From assembly GCA_963664195.1 (NCBI GenBank), contig OY760907.1, forward strand, positions 2,368,001-2,432,000: 64,000 nt of DNA, given 5' to 3'. A model generated the notes under the pieces. That model was given only the letters and a program-made list of their open reading frames with translations, ran no database searches and was not told where the DNA came from. Shown one piece after another: positions 27,001 to 33,218 of this stretch. The stretch's first letter is position 1. Each line of letters starts with the position of its first letter. The position numbers and the translations under genes are program-made. Source of the stretch: an uncultured candidate division Zixibacteria bacterium (GTDB taxonomy: Bacteria; Zixibacteria; MSB-5A5; GN15; FEB-12).

Positions 27001-27759
27001 ATTGGTGATCCAATTGATCTCTTTGTCGAGGACCTCCTTCGGCAACCGGTATTCCGGGATACCGTAGCGAAGCATACCGCCGAGATGGGGGAGAGCTTCG
27101 AAGATAGTCGGACGGTAGCCGTCGAGTACAAGGTAGTATGCCGCCGTGAGTCCGGCCGGACCACCACCAACAATAGCTACCTGCACGCCGTTGTCCGGCT
27201 TTGTTTCCGGTTGCCACATATCGCCGATCATGTCCTGGTCGGCGGCGTAGCGCTTCAGGAAGTCGATGCCTACCGCGCTGTCAGCCATCGTGCGACGGCA
27301 GTTCAGTTCGCACTTGCGTGTGCAGACGCGTCCGCAAACCGATGGCAGCGGGTTTTTCTCTTTTATCAGCTCCACGGCTTCTTTGAACTTGCCGAGATTG
27401 ATCAGCGACATATAACCCTGAATGTCTATGTCTGCGGGACAATGTAGTCGGCAGGGGCCGAAACAGTCCGCGTAGTGATCTGAAAGGAGCAACTCAAGAC
27501 AGGTTTTGCGTGAGCGTTTGACCTTGTCCGAGCGTGTATGAATCACCATGCCTTCAGCAACTTTGGTCGAGCAGGAGGGGAACAGACGTGTCTGGCCCTC
27601 GACTTCGACCACACAGAGGAAGCAGGAGCCAAACGGTGGCAGCTTCTCATCGTAGCAGAGTGTCGGGATCTGGTCCAGATTCTGTTCATGACACACCTGC
27701 AGGATAGTCTTGCTGGGATCGGCGGTGATTTTCTGTCCGTTTATTGTAAGCGTTATCAT
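24031..27759 (-). CDS. StnC-like large subunit: [2Fe-2S] + GltD/NfnB-like FAD/NADPH domain + [4Fe-4S] + non-catalytic molybdopterin-fold domain
   Basis: IPTLC...CFLCVVE...C; CP..IDIQGY, CGRVC, GGGPAG, GGGNTAIDAAR; CIRCGKC, CVSCGNC, CNYCSVGC; no Mo-ligand Cys (NNLMSFQQL). Confidence 0.85.
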   Translation of the reverse strand: MITLTINGQKITADPSKTILQVCHEQNLDQIPTLCYDEKLPPFGSCFLCVVEVEGQTRLFPSCSTKVAEGMVIHTRSDKVKRSRKTCLELLLSDHYADCFGPCRLHCPADIDIQGYMSLINLGKFKEAVELIKEKNPLPSVCGRVCTRKCELNCRRTMADSAVGIDFLKRYAADQDMIGDMWQPETKPDNGVQVAIVGGGPAGLTAAYYLVLDGYRPTIFEALPHLGGMLRYGIPEYRLPKEVLDKEINWITNLGVEVKLNTRLGRDFTIDDLYRQGFKSVFVGLGAQVGKPMRVENEEADGVLSGVEFLQQAEMKTNPPMTGRIVVVGGGNTAIDAARTSLRLGADEVVLLYRRTRKEMPANNVEIDAADEEGIKMEFLAAPVMVNTDENGRMKSISAIRMELGEPDDSGRRRPVKIEGSEYEIECNYVISAIGQEPDLAGVDSDENIKLTRWKTIEARDKTFETDRPGVFSGGDVVTGPADAIDAIAAGRMAARAIDKYIQTGVAEPLIDRFESKRDAFHKLTPEDLPDLYKEHRHGMPELEAADRIRTFDEVELGYTDKDAVAESMRCAECGCDVGLACILQDYCTEYGVDQTRFVGAFNRYKVDTRHPFVKIDSNKCIRCGKCVSTCSEILNVSALGFVNRGFRTIIKPAMEKALQDTNCVSCGNCIDVCPTGALVEKMPFRRSGPWKMDSVFNVCNYCSVGCNLTLKVKTDDIFYVVGASPEEGPNYGELCAKGRFGYQHYLDGSRAKKPMVRRDGKLVETTWDEAFAAIDSGLKRIREAHKSDSVFVAASPKLTDEELYLAGRFGRAALGTNNLMSFQQLTNGADYAALDGMLGTTAATVGIDEVNSADLYLFLGGNPTKDNPVLGWQMKRRMRHGTEAVVINSAAIDMTQYANVWADARRGTSTVLINGIIGEIIRRSKVNKAFLDSSTVNSELVLDALSKTDLDEVSSITGVSVEAINKTVDLLCDPDKKIVAWYNFDSRIDRAAGDLQALTTLMMVLGKLGDGSGLALMTSQCNHSGMRLAGFGSKRIPGGSTSANEGMLDKVGSVWKTDLRAMIQNDTGSVRRKIREDKLRAGFIFGENPAKAAEFGGFVDNLEFLVVGDQFVTETAQMADVFLPLSNYLETSGHLTNWAGERQQTNPIGAPVTGISTADIILRLAEISGNAIHLADSAEVADELTYLIRMHSECRYGGFATTDGKAHFVQYTDRVATTSSEVTLVLESDARFAARTENLNI

Positions 27760-27766
27760 GACAGCC

Positions 27767-29524
27767 TCAATCCTTGGTGATGGAGTCAAAGCGGCAGACG
27801 GTGAAGCACTTGCCGCATTTGATACACAGGTCCTGATCGACAGTATGCATCTTCTTCTTCTCACCGCTGATTGCATTTGTCGGACAGGCTTTCGCGCACA
27901 CCGTACAGCCGGTGCAGTTGTCATTGACGGTATAAGTCAACAGCGACTGGCAGACGTGGGCAGGACACTTCTTGTCCTTGATATGTGCCACGTACTCGTC
28001 GCGGAAGTATTTCAACGTTGTCAGCACAGGGTTGGGGGCTCCCTGGCCCAGACCGCAAAGAGAGCTTTCCTTTATCTGGTGGCCGAGCTCTTCCAGGTTG
28101 TCGAGGTCCTGCATGGTGCCCTCTCCGACGCTGATTCGTTCGAGAATCTCCAGCATGCGCTTGGTACCGATCCGGCAGAACGTGCACTTGCCACAGGATT
28201 CTTCCTGCGTGAACGTCAGGAAGAACTTGGCCACGTCAACCATGCACGTGGTCTCGTCCATCACGATCAGGCCGCCGGAGCCCATGATAGCGCCGGTCTT
28301 GTTAATGTGCTGATAGTCGATCGGAATATCGCACATCTCGGCCGGAATACAGCCGCCGGAAGGACCGCCCATTTGCACGGCCTTGAATTCCTTGTCGTCA
28401 ATGATTCCGCCACAGATGTCGAAAATCACGGACTTGATCGGAATGCCCATCGGCACCTCAACCAGACCCGCGCGTCGGACTTTGCCGGCCATGGCGAACA
28501 CCTTGGTGCCCTTGCTGTCCTCGTTGCCGTAGGCGGCATAGGCAGCAGCGCCGTGGTTGATGATCCAGGGAACGTTGGCATAGGTCTCTACGTTGTTTAT
28601 ATTGGTCGGCTTGGCCCAGAGACCGGATACCGCCGGGAACGGCGGGCGAAATCTCGGCATACCGCGCTTGCCCTCGATGGAGGCCATCAGTGCCGTCTCT
28701 TCACCACATACAAATGCGCCGGCACCTTCTTTGATCTTGATGTCAAAGTCGAATCCGGAGCCAAGGATGTCCTTGCCCAGGAACCCTCTCTTGTGTGCCT
28801 GAGCGATGGCTTGGCGAAGCCGCGCGATTGCCTTCGGATACTCAGCCCGGCAGTAGATGTAACCGAGTCCAGCACCGATAGCGTATCCGGCGATGACCAT
28901 GCCCTCAAGCATGGCGTGCGGGTCGGACTCAAGAACCGAGCGATCCATGAACGCACCGGGATCGCCCTCGTCTGCGTTACAGATGATGTACTTAATGTCG
29001 CCCTTGGAGGCGCGACAGAATTTCCATTTGGTTCCGGTCGGGAATCCACCGCCGCCACGACCGCGAAGGCCGGAGGCGAGAACTTCCTCGACGACCTCAT
29101 CCGGGCTCATCTCCTTCAGGGCCTTGGCCAGACCTTCGTACCCCTGCTGGGCGATGTATTCATCTATCGAACCGGGGTCGATAAGTCCGGCATTACGAAG
29201 GACGATTCGAGTCTGGTTCTCGAAGAACCCCACTTCTCTTCCTTCGCCGGTAACAAGCCATTCATCGATAGGTCCGTTGCCGACAATGTCTTCTTCAACG
29301 ATACGTCCGACGCGATCCGGAGTAACTTCGCCGTACAGCCGTCGCCCGCCGTTGCCGTCGGTCACTTCGACCAGAACCTCACGGTAGCACATACCGATAC
29401 AGCCGGTTTCTTTGAGGTCGAAGGTATTGGGACGCTCGTTGAGTTCTTCCTGGAAGGCCTTGAAGACATGCTCTCCGCCAGCGGAGGTGCCGCAAGTGCC
29501 CAGTCCTACTGTGACAGTTTTCAT
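27767..29524 (-). CDS. NuoF/HydB/StnB-like FMN/NADH-binding subunit
   Basis: SGLRGRGGGGFPTG, NADEGDPGAFMDR, GAGAFVCGEET, ESCGKCTFCR, N-terminal thioredoxin-like [2Fe-2S], C-terminal 2x[4Fe-4S]. Confidence 0.93.
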   Translation of the reverse strand: MKTVTVGLGTCGTSAGGEHVFKAFQEELNERPNTFDLKETGCIGMCYREVLVEVTDGNGGRRLYGEVTPDRVGRIVEEDIVGNGPIDEWLVTGEGREVGFFENQTRIVLRNAGLIDPGSIDEYIAQQGYEGLAKALKEMSPDEVVEEVLASGLRGRGGGGFPTGTKWKFCRASKGDIKYIICNADEGDPGAFMDRSVLESDPHAMLEGMVIAGYAIGAGLGYIYCRAEYPKAIARLRQAIAQAHKRGFLGKDILGSGFDFDIKIKEGAGAFVCGEETALMASIEGKRGMPRFRPPFPAVSGLWAKPTNINNVETYANVPWIINHGAAAYAAYGNEDSKGTKVFAMAGKVRRAGLVEVPMGIPIKSVIFDICGGIIDDKEFKAVQMGGPSGGCIPAEMCDIPIDYQHINKTGAIMGSGGLIVMDETTCMVDVAKFFLTFTQEESCGKCTFCRIGTKRMLEILERISVGEGTMQDLDNLEELGHQIKESSLCGLGQGAPNPVLTTLKYFRDEYVAHIKDKKCPAHVCQSLLTYTVNDNCTGCTVCAKACPTNAISGEKKKMHTVDQDLCIKCGKCFTVCRFDSITKD

Positions 29525-29532
29525 GCGCGCCC

Positions 29533-30039
29533 TTACTCCTTGTCCTGCTCTGATTCCTCTTTGGCCTTCCGCTTATACCGCTTGATGATCTTCCGCAGTT
29601 TGGTGGAGGTCAGGCGGCCAAAGGTTTCATCGTCTATGAGGATGACGGGAGCCAGCGAGCAGCAGCCGATACAGGCTACCGACAACAACGAAAAGCTGCC
29701 GTCATCGCTGGTCTCTTCGTAGTCGATGTTCAATTCATCGTTAATGGTGTCGAACACCATCTTCGCCCCGTTTACGTGACAGGCGGTGCCGTTGCATACT
29801 CTGATCACGTGCTTACCAAGGGGCTTCGTGCGGAACTGGGCGTAGAACGTTACCACGCCGTAGATGTCTGCCGAAGGAATGCCGGTCACGTGACTTATAT
29901 AGTCAATTGTCTTTTCAGATATGTAGCCGTACGTCTCCTGTGCCGACTGCAACAGCGGGATCAAGGCTCCCGGGTCGCCTTCGTGTTTCCACAGGTCGGT
30001 AGTGAAGCTGCTCATAGGTTCGCCTGGTGTCTGTGCCAT
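29533..30039 (-). CDS. NuoE/HydC/StnA-like [2Fe-2S] subunit
   Basis: LIPLLQ..Q..YGY, TFY, CNGTAC, CIGCC..AP; start inferred from the AAGGAG RBS (30045 is an alternative). Confidence 0.92.
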   Translation of the reverse strand: MAQTPGEPMSSFTTDLWKHEGDPGALIPLLQSAQETYGYISEKTIDYISHVTGIPSADIYGVVTFYAQFRTKPLGKHVIRVCNGTACHVNGAKMVFDTINDELNIDYEETSDDGSFSLLSVACIGCCSLAPVILIDDETFGRLTSTKLRKIIKRYKRKAKEESEQDKE

Positions 30040-30044
30040 CTGCA

Positions 30045-30545
30045 TCACTCCTTACTCAGACTACTGCTTAAGATTCGGTCCTGCTTGAGTCGGAGTAAAC
30101 CGTCAACAGGGGTGATCTTCCGGCTGATTATGCGGTCAACCTCATCGAACGTCTCACCACGCACAACCGCAACCAGATCGCAGAGACCTTCGGTGGTGTC
30201 GCAGGAGAGAACACCGTCGATGTCAGAGACAGTTGCCAGGACGGCATCCCGTTTCTCTTCTTCGGTCTCGGCCAGTATGTAGGCGTGGCAGAATTCGGGA
30301 TCGAGTGGCCCGGTGTTGTCGGTACCTTTCACGATCCGGCATTCGGCAGTCTCCGCGACACCGCCGAGCGCTCCGATCGTCTCAAGCGCGGCAGCCGATC
30401 CGTCGCTCATCCGGAAGGCCAGTTGGAAGTTGCCTTCGAGGGCGTCCCAACGTGCCAGACCGTCGAGCTTCTCGATCTGCCCGGGAGCTTTTTCCAAGTT
30501 CTGCCGATCGGAAAAGCGGACGAAAATGTATGTTCCGTCTGTCAC
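30045..30545 (-). CDS. Tandem Lrp/AsnC ligand-binding (RAM) domain protein without HTH
   Basis: Two repeats of Y(I)xx..., then xEG-x-(F/C)-x-L pattern; translationally coupled to the NuoE-like gene. Confidence 0.7.
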   Translation of the reverse strand: MTDGTYIFVRFSDRQNLEKAPGQIEKLDGLARWDALEGNFQLAFRMSDGSAAALETIGALGGVAETAECRIVKGTDNTGPLDPEFCHAYILAETEEEKRDAVLATVSDIDGVLSCDTTEGLCDLVAVVRGETFDEVDRIISRKITPVDGLLRLKQDRILSSSLSKE

Positions 30546-30652
30546 TGCTATCTCCTCGGATTGTTAACTATAAAGGGGGGAATGGATTGGGGTATCTGAA
30601 GTCGAGTCCGCGCGCTATCGGGCGCGGCGACAAAACAACTCGCAATTGGCAC

Positions 30653-30670
30653 TTGTGACCTCATTCACAC
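30653..30670. promoter_or_regulatory. Rex/CRP-like operator
   Basis: TTGTGA-CCTCAT-TCACAC between the promoter and the first gene of the redox operon. Confidence 0.55.
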
Positions 30671-30727
30671 TATCCTCATACAAGGCGAAATACTTCATAG
30701 TACCGCCAACTCCAGACACAAGGGCAG

Positions 30728-30756
30728 AACATACACTGTAAGTCGCTTCCTGTCAA
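30728..30756 (-). promoter_or_regulatory. Sigma70 promoter of the Stn-like operon
   Basis: TTGACA-17 nt-TATGTT on the minus strand. Confidence 0.65.
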
Positions 30757-30854
30757 CACATTCGGGATTCTGGCGGAGGTTTTAATACTGTACCATAGGG
30801 TACTGTTTTTGTCGTGTTTAATGCGTGGGCGTTTAAGTTGTTATGTCCTTTGAA

Positions 30855-31613
30855 CTACCACGGAATACGAGACAATCTGGAGCTTTTTGGGGTAGATGTC
30901 TGGTGTCTGAGTAGCTGCGTCATCATTCGCGGTGCGACATCCACTTGATACGGTACGCCGTCCGTCCCCGGGTGGGACAGAAAAGACGTGCAATAGACTT
31001 GGAGCTTGGCAGGTTTCCGGCTGGCAGACAGATCGAAGTAGCGCTTTCGCACCCATCGCCGTCCGAAGAAGCTTGCTGTAAGGAAGACGAGTAATCCTGA
31101 GGTCATGAACAACATAAGCGGCCACCGTTTTGCCACAGACAGAGTTACGTCAAGTGCCTCCATCTCACGGACGCCAGTGAGATTGACAGCGAGGGTACAG
31201 GGAGTGTGAATGTCGAACGTAGCTACAGAGACGCCTCTCCGGTCATCATGCTCATAGCTCCAGAGTCCTGTGGTGGGCTCGACCTCGATCGGACCGACAG
31301 AACTCGTCAACACCAGCCCATTCCGAAGCATGTGAAATACCTCGTCGTTCAATACGGCGCGCGAGTCGGAACCCGAGCAGCAGTATTCGTAGTAGGCTAT
31401 GTAGGCGCCTGTGCCGTCGATGATGATCTCATCCGACTTGGCAAGGCTGACACGATTGTCGGGAACGGGGTCCCCGAAGACAAGGTGAAACAATCCCCCG
31501 AACAAGTAGGCAGCAATGGCCCCCACGAGAATGCCGAGGACGGAACAAGTCACGCTTCTTAACCACTTATTAGCTTCCTTCTTCAGGGAATCTTCTATCC
31601 TTTTGAGGACCAT
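30855..31613 (-). CDS. Hypothetical membrane protein (two TM helices flanking an extracytoplasmic beta domain)
   Basis: ATG with GGAG RBS; hydrophobic segments near aa 20-45 and 165-185. Confidence 0.6.
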   Translation of the reverse strand: MVLKRIEDSLKKEANKWLRSVTCSVLGILVGAIAAYLFGGLFHLVFGDPVPDNRVSLAKSDEIIIDGTGAYIAYYEYCCSGSDSRAVLNDEVFHMLRNGLVLTSSVGPIEVEPTTGLWSYEHDDRRGVSVATFDIHTPCTLAVNLTGVREMEALDVTLSVAKRWPLMLFMTSGLLVFLTASFFGRRWVRKRYFDLSASRKPAKLQVYCTSFLSHPGTDGVPYQVDVAPRMMTQLLRHQTSTPKSSRLSRIPW

Positions 31614-31742
31614 GGTTTGTCTCCGGCTTGATCTGTCAATGGCTTACTACTCCGGCCTACTTGTGTTCCCACGTCTACTCCTCCTCGTTCGACGTGTCAA
31701 GAACAAAGACTAGTTTCACTACTAACAGTTTTGCGGTAACTG

Positions 31743-31874
31743 CATGAGGTCTCGGGCAGGGCGAGACCTCATGGGGTTGTCCCAAAACATGCCGGGCTGG
31801 GGCAGACGGCAAGCCTCTGCCGCCCACAAGCCACCACTCCAGTACCCCGCCCGTCCTCGGGAAGGATGTGGGGT
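31743..31874. repeat. Cluster of three GC-rich hairpins (REP-like)
   Basis: CATGAGGTCTCG-N7-CGAGACCTCATG (31743-31773); GGCAGACGGC-AA-GCCTCTGCC followed by GCCCAC; ACCCCGC...TGGGGT (31844-31874). Confidence 0.5.
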
Positions 31875-31881
31875 CAACGCC

Positions 31882-32748
31882 TCAAAACCTAAACGACACT
31901 CGCAGCATCATCGGCGCACTGCCAACAGTCGGGTCATCGGGAGGTTCGAGATCGTCATCAAACGAGTAAAACAGAGTTGCTACCAGTGTTCCGGCGATTG
32001 CCCCGACAGCAACATCGCTCAGGTAATGACGATACGCCTGAATCCGGCTCAGCCCGACATACGTCGCCCATCCGTAAGTCACCACCGAGGGTACCCAGCG
32101 CCAGTCACAGTACTCGCTGTGCGACATCTCCCGGCGCATAGTCGAGCGGATGCGTTTGTTCAGAAACGTCATCGCATAGAAAGCACTCGAGGCGTGGCCG
32201 GAGTAGAAGGATCGATTGTCGGTAGGCTGCACCGGCTCCGCACGCTGTGCGGCCAGTTCCGGGGCAAGGGAGCAGAGGGGGCGTCGGCGACGGACCAGTC
32301 CCTTGAAGAAGTCAGTCAGTCCTTTGTTGGCCAGCGAGCCGGAGTAATACAGGAACTGCCCCTGGAGCGCGTCCTGCTCGCGGTTGTCGGCAGGGTAGGC
32401 CAGGTCTGTCACACCGACAAGGATTCCGCCGGTCACGGTCGAGACCGCCGAGCCGAAGTTGTCGTCGAGGAAATTCCGTTTGCCGAGCTTCGGTTCTCCG
32501 CCCAGCCATTTGGTGATCGATGCCTCGACAGGCAGCGGCCTGCACCATCGCGGACCGTTGTCATTGCCGGACTGTCTGACCGCGTGTCCCACAAACAGAG
32601 TCGCCAGCGTCCCCGCTCCGATCCCGCCGGCTTCCTCGCCGGAGAGGTAGTCCCTGTGCTGTGCCCCGGCGCTTGAGCAAAGCAACGAGAGTGCGAGCAA
32701 GAGGCCGATGAGGAGCAGGAGCGCCCTGTGTGAGCCGCCTGTGGTCAT
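31882..32748 (-). CDS. PAP2 family phosphatase with signal peptide
   Basis: C1 KGLVRRRRP, C2 SFYSGH, C3 SRIQAYRHYLSDV. Confidence 0.9.
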   Translation of the reverse strand: MTTGGSHRALLLLIGLLLALSLLCSSAGAQHRDYLSGEEAGGIGAGTLATLFVGHAVRQSGNDNGPRWCRPLPVEASITKWLGGEPKLGKRNFLDDNFGSAVSTVTGGILVGVTDLAYPADNREQDALQGQFLYYSGSLANKGLTDFFKGLVRRRRPLCSLAPELAAQRAEPVQPTDNRSFYSGHASSAFYAMTFLNKRIRSTMRREMSHSEYCDWRWVPSVVTYGWATYVGLSRIQAYRHYLSDVAVGAIAGTLVATLFYSFDDDLEPPDDPTVGSAPMMLRVSFRF

Positions 32749-33198
32749 CTACCGGCTCTCCGTGTCATCGGCAGGTCCGCTCAGCGGGGTATTGACGAGA
32801 CGGCGTACCTTTCGTACCAGCGATCTCAGGATTGCCTCAATGATGCTGGGGTGGTCCGCGATTGAGTCCAGGAAGGTTTCACGGTCGATCCTGAGGACCT
32901 CGGTCGGTTCCCGCACTTCGCCGCTGAACAGCCACGGTTCGGCATCGAGCATAGACAGCGCTCCCAGGGCGTCGCCGGGAGCGGCCACGAAGATTTCACG
33001 TGAGTCCTTCAACACGAGTACTTTGCCGGAGATGATCAGACTGAGCGAATCAGCCGGTTCGTTTTCTTCAAAGAGTTTGTCCCCTTTGTCGAATTGCTCT
33101 TCCTCGGCGATGGCGGCGAGGATCGAGAGATCTTCGGTACCCATATGTTCAAACAGGTCCACTTCGTGCAACGCCAGGACTTTTTCCATTATGGTCAT
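32749..33198 (-). CDS. Stand-alone cyclic nucleotide-binding domain protein
   Basis: EKVLAL.EVDLF, LFEENEPADSL.LI.SG.V, PGD.LG; own RBS GAGGAG; no HTH. Confidence 0.85.
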   Translation of the reverse strand: MTIMEKVLALHEVDLFEHMGTEDLSILAAIAEEEQFDKGDKLFEENEPADSLSLIISGKVLVLKDSREIFVAAPGDALGALSMLDAEPWLFSGEVREPTEVLRIDRETFLDSIADHPSIIEAILRSLVRKVRRLVNTPLSGPADDTESR

Positions 33199-33218
33199 AA
33201 CAACTCCTCAGTACCGTG

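Noticed and set aside
24031..27759. Formate dehydrogenase, FeFe-hydrogenase or selenoprotein call
   Set aside because: No Cys/Sec Mo ligand, no in-frame TGA and no H-cluster motifs
27710..29722. 670-aa plus-strand ORF
   Set aside because: Lies antisense to the well-supported NuoF/NuoE-like genes; typical shadow ORF of conserved redox genes
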